From a virus: a DNA stretch of 64,000 nt. The notes beneath the pieces were generated by a model, which ran no database searches, was not told where the DNA came from, and saw nothing but the letters and a program-made list of their open reading frames with translations. Below, one piece after another: positions 50,273 through 59,367 of the stretch. Location: positions 36,172 to 100,171 of IMG/VR virus record IMGVR_UViG_3300028873_000014; one strand, 5' to 3'. The stretch's first letter is position 1. Every line of letters starts with the position of its first letter. A program made the position numbers and the translations under genes.

Positions 50273-50746
50273 ATGCTTAAGAATATTAGCAAAGTTACCG
50301 GGGATAAAGCTACAGAGATGTTTCATGTAACAGGGAAGAAGAATAGGTCTGAAGCAGAACGGCACATAGAGAATATCTTGCTGCAGTATGATGTGGAATA
50401 CCAGCGGGAAATATCATTTAGAGGACTACAGTTTAGTACCGGGGGTTTTCCAAGGTTCGACTTTGTTATACACATCCCTCATATGCTTATGGGAAAGATC
50501 AAGTTTGTAATTTGGGAATACGATGGGGAGGCATCTCATACAACAGAAGAACAACAGGAGAAAGATCAGCTTAAGACACTGTTCTGTCATCAATATGGGA
50601 TAAGACTTACCAGATGGAATAAGAATGACTACTTTCACCTGGAAGAAAGAATAGCCCATGAGTTTGATATGTACTGTGTTAAGAAAGTACGTGACTTATT
50701 ATGGTTAGAAAGAAACCCTCCAGCATATCTACGGGGGTTTAAATAA
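50273..50746 (+). CDS. DUF559/Vsr-like endonuclease
   Basis: RFDF, EYDGEASH and D.LK..FC...GIRL.R motifs; antisense insertion. Confidence 0.75.
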   Translation: MLKNISKVTGDKATEMFHVTGKKNRSEAERHIENILLQYDVEYQREISFRGLQFSTGGFPRFDFVIHIPHMLMGKIKFVIWEYDGEASHTTEEQQEKDQLKTLFCHQYGIRLTRWNKNDYFHLEERIAHEFDMYCVKKVRDLLWLERNPPAYLRGFK

Positions 50747-50747
50747 A

Positions 50748-50780
50748 TAAACCTACTAAGTGTTATACCTAGTAGGTTTA
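50748..50780. terminator. Terminator between convergent genes
   Basis: TAAACCTACTA/TAGTAGGTTTA inverted repeat. Confidence 0.65.
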
Positions 50781-50806
50781 GTGGTTTTCGTTACACCCCA
50801 TACATG

Positions 50807-51079
50807 TTAGGCAGCAGGAGTAGTAAGTGTTTCCGTTACTGCTGTTAATGATGCAGTTGCTGTGTTGATAGCAGCGACTATAGTGTCCCCTTGAGCAGGT
50901 GTGATAACTCCTGCCTGGTAAGTAGAGAGTGCAGTAGTAAGTGCTGTTACAGCAGTGGTCAGGTTAGTTGTTGCGGTTTCTGTATCTGAAAAAGTGGCCA
51001 TGATATGTTTTTGTTTAGTAATGATGACATAAGTTGCTATGAGTATAACTACCAGCAGTATGCAGATGATGTATAACAT
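50807..51079 (-). CDS. Small protein with N-terminal TM helix and Thr/Ala-rich helical tail
   Basis: ATG 51079 (MLYIICILLVVILIATYVII) lies just after a TATCTTTG box; alternative ATG at 51001. Confidence 0.55.
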   Translation of the reverse strand: MLYIICILLVVILIATYVIITKQKHIMATFSDTETATTNLTTAVTALTTALSTYQAGVITPAQGDTIVAAINTATASLTAVTETLTTPAA

Positions 51080-51160
51080 AGGGTACAAAGATATACACTA
51101 TTATGTATCTACCAAAAGAATGTTGGTATAATTTTTAAAGAATAGCTATAAACAGTTATT

Positions 51161-51343
51161 ATGACACTTTCACTTGTAGTTATTATTGTACTGATCATCT
51201 TAATGGTAATACTTGGTCTTGGTATATTCGGGTTAATCCCCATGAGCCAGGTAGCTATTAATAGATTGTTCTTTGTACTCTTTGCTGTAATGATCCTGCT
51301 GCAGTGTTTAGGACAGTATGGGTTTTTACCAAGGACCAGGTAA
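51161..51343 (+). CDS. Small two-TM membrane protein
   Basis: 60 aa, almost entirely hydrophobic; followed by a hairpin. Confidence 0.55.
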   Translation: MTLSLVVIIVLIILMVILGLGIFGLIPMSQVAINRLFFVLFAVMILLQCLGQYGFLPRTR

Positions 51344-51348
51344 AAAGA

Positions 51349-51374
51349 AAATACCTATCCGGAGATAGGTATTT
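51349..51374. terminator. Terminator between convergent genes
   Basis: AAATACCTATC-CGGA-GATAGGTATTT perfect hairpin. Confidence 0.7.
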
Positions 51375-51406
51375 CTATTTCAGTGTGCGGACTGAATGTA
51401 GAATCT

Positions 51407-51553
51407 TTAGCACATCTTTCCACCCTTCTTCATAGAAGACATTCCACCTTTTTTGTAGGTAGGGGGAGTCATTGGAGGAGCCTGTTTCTTGTTCTTAACA
51501 GGTGTTACCGGAGTTGCTGGTTTTGCTGGTTTAATATTTTTTACTGCTGCCAT
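51407..51553 (-). CDS. 48-aa basic protein with YKKGG/MKKGG motifs (not in ORF track)
   Basis: MAAVKNIKPAKPATPVTPVKNKKQAPPMTPPTYKKGGMSSMKKGGKMC*, with a TATCTTTG box upstream and a terminator downstream. Confidence 0.65.
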   Translation of the reverse strand: MAAVKNIKPAKPATPVTPVKNKKQAPPMTPPTYKKGGMSSMKKGGKMC

Positions 51554-51608
51554 GATCAATGGTTTTTATTGTTAACAATAATCAAAGATATACAACTTTA
51601 TCAAATTA

Positions 51609-51983
51609 CTATACATTTTCCAAAATCTTTTCTGTTTTTGGTATAGTCTTAAACCTTGCCTCTATGTGATATTCATTGAATAGCATGTACACATCTTCCC
51701 CCTGACGTAATGCACCCATACTATTAGCTTTGAAATAGAATACAGTTACCCCCGGTAGCAAAGACTTATCTTCTACCTTGGCACCAACATTAACTATTAC
51801 CCCCTTAGTTAACATAGTCTGTTTGATCTTATCTTCAGTTGTCTCGGGGAGGAGCACACCACCTTTAGTCTTAGGTAAAGATTCAGGGCAAGGTTTGATC
51901 AGTATCTTATCTGCCTGTACTTGTATGTCAAGGATATCTTCTACTTCCGGTATCATGTAGATACTCATTACTGGTTGTTCCAT
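51609..51983 (-). CDS. groES: GroES-like co-chaperonin
   Basis: DKILIKP, KTKGGVLLP mobile loop, GVIVNVG and PGVTV motifs. Confidence 0.8.
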   Translation of the reverse strand: MEQPVMSIYMIPEVEDILDIQVQADKILIKPCPESLPKTKGGVLLPETTEDKIKQTMLTKGVIVNVGAKVEDKSLLPGVTVFYFKANSMGALRQGEDVYMLFNEYHIEARFKTIPKTEKILENV

Positions 51984-52153
51984 ATATAGTATTTGTTTAG
52001 TTTACAAAAGTGTATTAGCATTTTCTACAGGGGTAAGAGATGTCTCTTTCTTTACCCGTACCAGGTTCTTCTCCAGGTATGCAGGATGATTTACATTCAC
52101 CTTTTCCCTGTGAGGCTTGTGAGTAAAGAAGTGTATGATACGTTTCCACATAG

Positions 52154-52600
52154 TTATTTTCTTTTAGGTAAAGGGTTTTTAAAAACTTTGGGTAATTCAT
52201 CTTGGTTACCTTTCTGATCTTTTAAAAACTTACTATCCATTTGATCAAGTTGTTTTAGTAACAATCTCCTATCATTACCATGTAATATCATAAATAGTAA
52301 AGGGATCATTCTCTTAGCCTGAGAAGGTTGTAACCTGTTCATATATCTATCCTCTTCCCCGGGACGAATGAAATGGATAGTGTGTAAATACGCTTCAGGG
52401 CTATTCTCTCTACCAAACCCCTCTACAAAGCAGAGATGACTTTCTTCCTGGGTATTATCCGGGTAGTCCCAGTTTCCTTTAAGAGCATCAAAGAACTTAT
52501 TCATTACATCATCCCTAAGGTCACTTCTGTCAGTAGCTACAGAAGCTGTAATCATTGGCTCATTGTTAGAGTACAAATCAATTTTCAAAGTACTTTTCAT
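52154..52600 (-). CDS. Hypothetical protein
   Basis: 148-aa ORF with an A-rich leader. Confidence 0.6.
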   Translation of the reverse strand: MKSTLKIDLYSNNEPMITASVATDRSDLRDDVMNKFFDALKGNWDYPDNTQEESHLCFVEGFGRENSPEAYLHTIHFIRPGEEDRYMNRLQPSQAKRMIPLLFMILHGNDRRLLLKQLDQMDSKFLKDQKGNQDELPKVFKNPLPKRK

Positions 52601-52644
52601 GTTATTTTATGTTTTAATGACCTGGCTGAATTGCTCGAAGTCTT

Positions 52645-53322
52645 TTACAAATCTAAAGGTTTCTGATAATATTTCCAAACCTTTTCTAATTGCTTAGGAT
52701 CTTTTATATAGAAATTCCAATCATCAGATTTAACTTCTTTACTTATAACATCTATATAAAAAGTCTTTGGTGTGAAGGGGAATTCTTTTATAAATTGTCT
52801 TGCTTGTACAGTAAACTCTACCATTCCTTCTTTGTCTACCATCCATTTAGGACCACCTTCCACATAAACAGATAGATCAGATAATGGAACTTTCAATATA
52901 GCAGATCCTCCCCAACAACTTCCTTTCTGATCCTTCCATACAATAGCATCTAAATACCAACAACCTTTATCATCTTTAAATAATGCACTACATCTTTTGT
53001 TTTGATAAAGAGTTTCTTTATTAGCATCGTATTGGGTAACATTAGACCATTCATCATTAATCCCGGTTATAGGACAGATGGGTTCTTGTAGCAATAAAGA
53101 TTTAATAGCTTGGGATAAAGCAGTTGCAACATATCCTGCAGATCCCCCGGACTGACCACTCTTACCAAATGCCTCACACAAAGCAAGTATCTCTTTGGTA
53201 AACTCTTCTACTACAGGTCTGTTCTCCGGATCAGTAAATGACTTACTGAGTATAGACAATTCAGTAACAGCAAATGATTTTGTATTAGTCATAGTATTAA
53301 GTATGGTTCGCCTTGACACCAA
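52645..53322 (-). CDS. Conserved phage hypothetical protein (likely start 53292)
   Basis: F..SGQSGGSA, PITG..DEW and YQNKRCSALFKD motifs, typical of a widespread phage family. Confidence 0.65.
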   Translation of the reverse strand: MVSRRTILNTMTNTKSFAVTELSILSKSFTDPENRPVVEEFTKEILALCEAFGKSGQSGGSAGYVATALSQAIKSLLLQEPICPITGINDEWSNVTQYDANKETLYQNKRCSALFKDDKGCWYLDAIVWKDQKGSCWGGSAILKVPLSDLSVYVEGGPKWMVDKEGMVEFTVQARQFIKEFPFTPKTFYIDVISKEVKSDDWNFYIKDPKQLEKVWKYYQKPLDL

Positions 53323-53341
53323 AAGGTTAAGAAGTGAGATA

Positions 53342-53349
53342 CAAAGATA
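53342..53349 (-). promoter_or_regulatory. Bacteroidota sigma-70 -7 element driving the leftward genes
   Basis: TATCTTTG on the minus strand in the divergent intergenic region, matching the TAnnTTTG consensus. Confidence 0.55.
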
Positions 53350-53515
53350 TTAAACTTTTTAATTTTTCAAAAACTTTTTCCAAAAAAATTTAGTGTGAAA
53401 ATTTAGTGTGTAGGTGTGAGAGTAAACCTCCCCACATTATCTGTCTCCCTTGCTTACCCAAGAGGTCTACCCCGTAGGGTTAGATAACTATTTCTTAACA
53501 ATTTAATGCTTTTTT

Positions 53516-54070
53516 ATGAGTAACAAAAACGTTGTAACAGTAGTTGCCAACAAGAGTGGCGCAGTAGTTAGTACCAGTCCAAATAACCCGGAGTTTGGTT
53601 GGTTGTGTGTAGAGTCTATTCAACCTACCTTCCAGGGAGGGTTTTTACGGTTGGGTAAAAGGGTTGCGTTCATCGCCGGTAAGGTTGATGAGCTGAACAA
53701 GTATGTAGGGGATTTGTCCCTTGTTGCAGGTAGTGAGTTACCTGGTAAGATTGTGGTGAAGGAGTCTTTAATCCCCGTTAGTGCAACAGACGCTACTATG
53801 GGTGTTAAATATCCTAATGCTGCTGCAAAGACTCAAGGTCTTGCATGTTTGGTTGATGATCAACCAGTGTATCGTAAATCGATGTATACGCCTAACGTGG
53901 ACGAACTGGATATCCTGGTTCAGCACACTAATGGGGATGAGATACGTGCCTTTATGAACGCTGGTACAAAAACCCCAACTCCGGAACAAAGACTTGCTGA
54001 ATTACAGGCAATTCCTAAGGCCCAGAGGACTGCTGCACAGAAAGCTGAATTAGCTGAACTTGTAGGATAG
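53516..54070 (+). CDS. Conserved crAss-like hypothetical protein, first rightward gene
   Basis: NNPEFG, LPGKIVVKES, QPVYRK and HTN motifs; has its own terminator. Confidence 0.7.
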   Translation: MSNKNVVTVVANKSGAVVSTSPNNPEFGWLCVESIQPTFQGGFLRLGKRVAFIAGKVDELNKYVGDLSLVAGSELPGKIVVKESLIPVSATDATMGVKYPNAAAKTQGLACLVDDQPVYRKSMYTPNVDELDILVQHTNGDEIRAFMNAGTKTPTPEQRLAELQAIPKAQRTAAQKAELAELVG

Positions 54071-54079
54071 TTGTAATAT

Positions 54080-54113
54080 ATAGAGTGTTATCTAGCAATA
54101 GGTAACACTCTAT
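54080..54113 (+). terminator. Intrinsic terminator
   Basis: ATAGAGTGTTATCTA-GCAA-TAGGTAACACTCTAT followed by TTT. Confidence 0.8.
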
Positions 54114-54565
54114 TTTATCTTTACATACAGTAACTCTGAACTTTCCGTTATATATAATCATATAGTTCAATACAACTATATGGATATAAACCCACAACGA
54201 GACAATGAAATTGCCCATATCAATGGTAATTCATATACATAACTGCATTGAAAAGTATCAAAAAAGACATTCGTAAAGACATTCGGGATCAATCATACAT
54301 GCAATAGTTTGTTATATATCATAATAATTCATGTGTAGTTAATCTTATTTAAAAACATTTTGATTGTGTAAGTGATTGAGGATGAGTGAGACAGGTTTTT
54401 TATCGCCCTTTCCACTAGTTTTTACTTTCTTTACCTTTCACCTTGCTCATAAAACCTTCGGGTGAGGTAATCTTTCCATTACTGATAATAACATCGATTC
54501 GTTTCAATCATAACTTCATTAACCGTTTAACCAATCACTGGGAAGTGAATAAACATCCTTTATTT

Positions 54566-54916
54566 ATGGCTAAGTTACTATTAGAATTGCCTTACTCTTA
54601 TTGTAAAGAGGATATTGCTGAATGGTTATCAGATCGTTCATTGGTTCATTTGAAGTCTCATGGTAATCATTGGATTACTACAGGGGATGCACTGAAATCC
54701 TCTAAAGGGGTTATTGCTCGTGTTGTAGATACCTGTCGTAATGAAGTTGGTGAGCCTTTTATTACTATTGCTAATAACAAATTGTCCCGTGAGGAAATGG
54801 ATGAACAATTTGATTGTCCTATATATAGTAAACCTGGTGATCCCCTTAATGCTGAAGGTCTGAGATATGTATCTGAATCTGTTGGATGGGTTGATCAGGA
54901 TGAAGAATATTATTGA
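54566..54916 (+). CDS. Hypothetical protein
   Basis: ATG 54566 within the track ORF 54443-54916. Confidence 0.55.
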   Translation: MAKLLLELPYSYCKEDIAEWLSDRSLVHLKSHGNHWITTGDALKSSKGVIARVVDTCRNEVGEPFITIANNKLSREEMDEQFDCPIYSKPGDPLNAEGLRYVSESVGWVDQDEEYY

Positions 54917-55196
54917 TAGTTGACTATAAGCTAATGTAGTTGTAAAGCTACAGGGTCGAGAAAAAAGGATAGAAACCTTTCCCTCAAGTAATAGTCCAGT
55001 TCTTATGACATCTGTAACCAAGTCATAGTTTTATGTGGGAATCACTTTATCTCAAAAGTGTCCAAACAAACTTCCAGTCCGAATGCCAGTTTACTGGTAT
55101 ATGGTGACCTATTTTAAGGAAGGAGGGGTAGCAGCTACAGGTTCTTACCCACTTTTTAATTCATTTCTCTTAACTCTTTTTAAATCATTTTTAATT

Positions 55197-55709
55197 ATGA
55201 AATACCTGATACAAGAATTCTACATTAAGCCGATGGTCTATTTTGATGATTCCGTTACAGTAGAACAGGTTATTGATTGGATCAATAACCATAAGGATGA
55301 CGATAGGTTATGTCTTAGTGATCCTTATAGCTGTATTGCTATCATTCAGGCAGATGATGAGATTATCATTAAAGGAGATAATGACTATCATACCTATTAT
55401 ATTGCATCAATTGTTGTTGAAGAAATAAATACACCCATTATTCCCCGTCAGAGGGATAATGATACTGGCTGGTTTACTGATCTCCAGATAATAGCACTAT
55501 TGAACCAGGTACAGGTATTCTCAAATGCTAATAATAACCAGGGTCTTTTGACTGTTACAGGTGACAATTACGGAGAACGTGCTGCTCATATACTCAACTG
55601 CTATCTGACCAGTAAATCAACACAGGAATCTCTTAGTAAGTTTCGTGGTCCACTATTAACAGATTACCCTAATGAAGTGCTGTACCCTAATTGTAGTAAT
55701 AAACAATAA
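55197..55709 (+). CDS. Hypothetical protein
   Basis: ATG 55197 after an AT-rich leader, within track ORF 55035-55709. Confidence 0.55.
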   Translation: MKYLIQEFYIKPMVYFDDSVTVEQVIDWINNHKDDDRLCLSDPYSCIAIIQADDEIIIKGDNDYHTYYIASIVVEEINTPIIPRQRDNDTGWFTDLQIIALLNQVQVFSNANNNQGLLTVTGDNYGERAAHILNCYLTSKSTQESLSKFRGPLLTDYPNEVLYPNCSNKQ

Positions 55710-55768
55710 CCTCATTCATTCATTTTATTAAACAATCAGTGGGAACTGAATAAATATCCCCTTTAGTT

Positions 55769-56167
55769 ATGGAAAAGATAATAAAGTTTAATCCGGCATT
55801 TGATAAACGTAATCCTGACCCTTCAAAGGACTATGGTATTCATTGTATGGAGATGCATATGGTTCTTAAAGGATCATTAGGTGCTATTTCATTCTCTATC
55901 TATACAGGGTGGTATTTAGAGCACATAGATAATCATTTTGAAGCATCCGGTGCTGCTGTTTGTTATCATAGTCCTGTTGCGAAGTATGAAGATCAAACCC
56001 CTAGAGAACACAAGTGTGAGTACCTGGATGGTAATATTCCTTGCTATTCAGATTGCACCTACATAGGAGGACATGACCTATTTATAGAGTTTGTCGCTAA
56101 AGGGGAAGATTACGTATGGCAAGCCCTGGAACGTAGATATATTGGTAATTTTGGCGAACTTAAGTAA
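55769..56167 (+). CDS. Conserved phage hypothetical protein
   Basis: KDYGIH, GAISF...TGW, YHSP and C.YLDG..CY.D motifs. Confidence 0.65.
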   Translation: MEKIIKFNPAFDKRNPDPSKDYGIHCMEMHMVLKGSLGAISFSIYTGWYLEHIDNHFEASGAAVCYHSPVAKYEDQTPREHKCEYLDGNIPCYSDCTYIGGHDLFIEFVAKGEDYVWQALERRYIGNFGELK

Positions 56168-56252
56168 TCCCCCGGACCAGTAGTGATATACTATTGCTCT
56201 GGGGGATATTTTTTAATAACTTTGTTTTTCACCTTTTTAAAGCTATTTGTTT

Positions 56253-56474
56253 ATGAAAAAAATGATCTGGATTGGTATGATACGTCAAATACCTAATCTT
56301 AAACTAGAAGACGTTGAGAAAATGAACGAGGGTATTAAGGGTGAAGTTATTGATATGTTTGGTGCTGGTTGGGCAATAATAGGAGATAAACAAGCCCAGG
56401 ATAACTTTGGTCTTATCGCAGAACATGCTAAAAGTTATGAAAAATCAGACTTTTTTAAAAAACCTGTTTTATGA
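56253..56474 (+). CDS. Hypothetical protein
   Basis: Coupled (ATGA) to the HAD gene. Confidence 0.55.
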   Translation: MKKMIWIGMIRQIPNLKLEDVEKMNEGIKGEVIDMFGAGWAIIGDKQAQDNFGLIAEHAKSYEKSDFFKKPVL

Positions 56475-56959
56475 AAATACTATTCCTTGACATAGATGGT
56501 GTGCTCAATTATGAGCAGTACTACACACGAGGTCGTAGAGATGCTCCTCATCCATTATCAGAAATATGTCCTGTAGCAATAGATAACTTAAACAGAATAG
56601 TGTCCGAAACAGGCTGTAAAGTAGTTATTAGTTCTACCTGGAGACATAGTGGTATACAGTATTGTATCAATGTGCTCAGAGAATGTGGGTTCACTGGTAT
56701 GGTCATAGGTATAACCCCTTCACTGGATAAACATGGTGAATGGGTCTGCAGGGGCAATGAAATAGATCAGTACCTAAAGTTCCACAAATTGTATAAGTAT
56801 GATAGTTATTACATAACTGATCATGACTATGCGATAATTGATGACGATAGTGATATGCTATATCGACAGCGACACAACTTCTTTGAATGTTCTCCTGTAA
56901 AGGGGTTAACTTTAGAGATAGCAGATAAAATCATTCAATTTCTTAACAATACTCAATAA
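56471..56959 (+). CDS. HAD-superfamily phosphatase (HAD_SAK_2-like)
   Basis: FLDIDGVLN, ISSTWR, RGNEI and IIDDDSDM motifs. Confidence 0.85.
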   Translation: MKILFLDIDGVLNYEQYYTRGRRDAPHPLSEICPVAIDNLNRIVSETGCKVVISSTWRHSGIQYCINVLRECGFTGMVIGITPSLDKHGEWVCRGNEIDQYLKFHKLYKYDSYYITDHDYAIIDDDSDMLYRQRHNFFECSPVKGLTLEIADKIIQFLNNTQ

Positions 56960-56964
56960 CTATT

Positions 56965-57147
56965 ATGAAAAAGATATTACTGTTCTTATTCCCTAAGACT
57001 ATCCAAAATATAGTTGATGATGCAATAATTAAACATCTTAGTGATTTAAAGGAAATTCATGACTATTGGGATAAAGAATATGAAGAACATTACAGGGTAT
57101 GTGATTCTACATATATCCCCGAGACAGATGAAGAAAGTATGTTGTAA
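56965..57147 (+). CDS. Hypothetical protein
   Basis: 60 aa, in operon. Confidence 0.5.
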   Translation: MKKILLFLFPKTIQNIVDDAIIKHLSDLKEIHDYWDKEYEEHYRVCDSTYIPETDEESML

Positions 57148-57179
57148 TTTATTTAAAAACTGTTTAAAAGTAACTAATT

Positions 57180-57362
57180 ATGCTACTACAATCAATTATA
57201 CTATTCTGTGCTATATTTGTAACCCCTGCAGCAATAGTAGGAGCATACAATCTCGCAATGAATAAATACCCAGACACCAGAGACAGAAATCTCTGGACAG
57301 GTATCAAATCCATTACATGTGCTCTATGGGCAATATTCTATTATCTAAGTCATAAAAACTAA
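57180..57362 (+). CDS. Small two-TM membrane protein
   Basis: Two hydrophobic segments in 60 aa. Confidence 0.5.
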   Translation: MLLQSIILFCAIFVTPAAIVGAYNLAMNKYPDTRDRNLWTGIKSITCALWAIFYYLSHKN

Positions 57363-57476
57363 AGTACATGAAATCATGTTCTTTAACTATTGGCTACGGG
57401 GGAGAAGTAGAGATACATTTTTCTGTTTCTCCCCTTGATGAGATAAAATAGAAAGATTTTTATAACTTTACAAAAG

Positions 57477-57860
57477 GGGGACGATTGGTTTTGACAGCAT
57501 GGAGTGAGTAAGAGTGGCGAAACAGACAATGACAATGAGTCCAAAGCGAATGTGTCAACAATAAAAGCAACATCTGAAAAGATTGCTCGTCAGAATGAAG
57601 GTGATCGCATCATAAATGCGTGTTTTGCTAATGATTTAGTTGAACTATATGACGGTTCTTTTGCTGAATCAGAATTAATAGCAGCCTAAAGTTCAAACCC
57701 ACACGATATGGGTCAATAGTCGTCTAAGGGTAGGTAACAGCCGTAAAAACAAGGAACAGTTACAAAAGCATACCTGAAGACAGCAGGAATAAAACTAGTC
57801 ATGATCGTAACTACTCCAGGAACACATGTTTGGACCCGGGTTCGACTCCCGGCGTCTCCA
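57477..57860 (+). ncRNA. ssrA: tmRNA (phage-encoded)
   Basis: 5' GGGGACG pairs with 3' CGTCTCC-A, including the G3.U70 Ala determinant. Has a Bacteroidota-style GGTTTTGACAGC, T-arm CCGGG-TTCGACT-CCCGG, a tag frame ending ...ESELIAA* at 57689, and a pseudoknot ACCCA/TGGGT + ACGAT/GTCGT at ~57697-57723. CCA is not encoded. Confidence 0.93.
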
Positions 57861-57997
57861 CTACTGCAGTCAAATGGCTGTAAGTATTCGCCACAATAAC
57901 CCCCAGATGCAGTAAGAATCGTCTGGGGGATTTTTATTCTCCCCTATAGAAGATAATAATATAAATCAATTAAATAAAATTTAAAACTGAAATAATC

Positions 57998-58177
57998 ATG
58001 GAAGAAATAAACATAACATATTGGGATAATATAAATAAAACTCTCAAAAATGTACAGGTGCATAATTATGGATTAATTCAAGCTATAGAACAGATTAGGT
58101 ACGAAAATGACTATAATATCATAGTCTTATCTGTTGAGTATAGCGATATACAAGGTACAATCAATAAATTAGCATAA
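57998..58177 (+). CDS. Hypothetical 59-aa protein (not in ORF track)
   Basis: MEEINITYWD...INKLA*, after an A-rich leader. Confidence 0.5.
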   Translation: MEEINITYWDNINKTLKNVQVHNYGLIQAIEQIRYENDYNIIVLSVEYSDIQGTINKLA

Positions 58178-58457
58178 CGAAAACAACATCTTTACCTGTC
58201 TAGGGGAGGCTCAAAAGATACATAGGTAGAGATTAGTAATGACCCCCTATAGAAAAATAGAAATAGTATCCTAATAAGGTTAAGAAGAAAACCCCATAAC
58301 TCGTTGATAGTCAATATGTATAGGTTGTGATTACATACCTAGAAAGTTGTGAATAACAAACTAATCCTGCATTGCAGACCATATATAACAAAAATAATGT
58401 TGGAAATAGTTGGTAATGTAAATACAAACTATTATCTTCGTTTGTAAAACAATTGGT

Positions 58458-59006
58458 ATGGATACACAAACAAAGACTAAACGACAAGGACCAGAGATAG
58501 GAAGTTATGGAAGTTTTCCAGAATCACCATATATAGTAGAATTACATAGTAAATATATACAAGCAGCTCCTGAACATAGAGCAGTAGAGATTGATGGTGT
58601 ACCACACGGAATATACGAAATACCAAAAGGTAGAACAATACCTATAGATACAGCCAAATACAGTAAGCTGTTTAAAAACTATGGTATGTTATTAGCAAAC
58701 TTGAATGAAGCAGCCATTAAGATGTTTATGTATATACATGAGCATTTAGGAGTAAATTCTGATTATGTTTGTATAACCAAGGAAGACTACTTAAAGTATT
58801 ATGGATACGCACCTACTAACAAGTATACCTATTACCAGGCACTGGAAGGGCTATTAAAAGCCGATGTAATGAAAAAGAAGGCAGGTAGTACAGTATGTTA
58901 CTGGATCAACCCAAATATCCTGTTCAATGGCGATAGAACAAAGTTGAAGAATGTGAAAATAGTACCACCAGAAAGACCCTTCTCATTCAGTAAAGGGGAA
59001 GATTAG
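58458..59006 (+). CDS. RepL-like wHTH replication/maintenance protein
   Basis: TYYQALEGLLKADVM HTH and YWINPNILFNGDR motif. Confidence 0.7.
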   Translation: MDTQTKTKRQGPEIGSYGSFPESPYIVELHSKYIQAAPEHRAVEIDGVPHGIYEIPKGRTIPIDTAKYSKLFKNYGMLLANLNEAAIKMFMYIHEHLGVNSDYVCITKEDYLKYYGYAPTNKYTYYQALEGLLKADVMKKKAGSTVCYWINPNILFNGDRTKLKNVKIVPPERPFSFSKGED

Positions 59007-59038
59007 AAGATTATATAAACAATCAAAAACAATAAATC

Positions 59039-59332
59039 ATGACAAAAATCCTTGAAGAGGTAAGAGCAATTAGCTCAGAAGCAATTGCAAAAAAGCAAGA
59101 TAGTGCTAAGAATAACTATCCAAAACTAATAGAGCAGATAAAGAAAGCTGCCCAGTTAGGTAAAACTCAGTGTGAGTTTAGTGAATATGAAATAGACCAA
59201 TACGCCAAGAAACTTTTAGAAGTAGAAGGGTTTTGTGTGTGGGCTACTACTCGTTCGCCAAATGAAATGGAGAAATACATGTTCAATGGTACTACCTCTA
59301 ACTCAAAATCAATATGGGTTGTAAGGTGGTGA
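59039..59332 (+). CDS. Hypothetical protein
   Basis: ORF with A-rich leader. Confidence 0.6.
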   Translation: MTKILEEVRAISSEAIAKKQDSAKNNYPKLIEQIKKAAQLGKTQCEFSEYEIDQYAKKLLEVEGFCVWATTRSPNEMEKYMFNGTTSNSKSIWVVRW

Positions 59333-59367
59333 TATTACAAATCAAAGAACTTTAAAAAATAACTAAC

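Noticed and set aside
57504-57689. 61-aa ORF as an independent protein gene
   Set aside because: It lies inside the tmRNA and is its tag frame, ending LIAA*.
57820-57860. Apparent tRNA (T-arm plus acceptor end)
   Set aside because: No anticodon arm; it is the 3' tRNA-like domain of the tmRNA.
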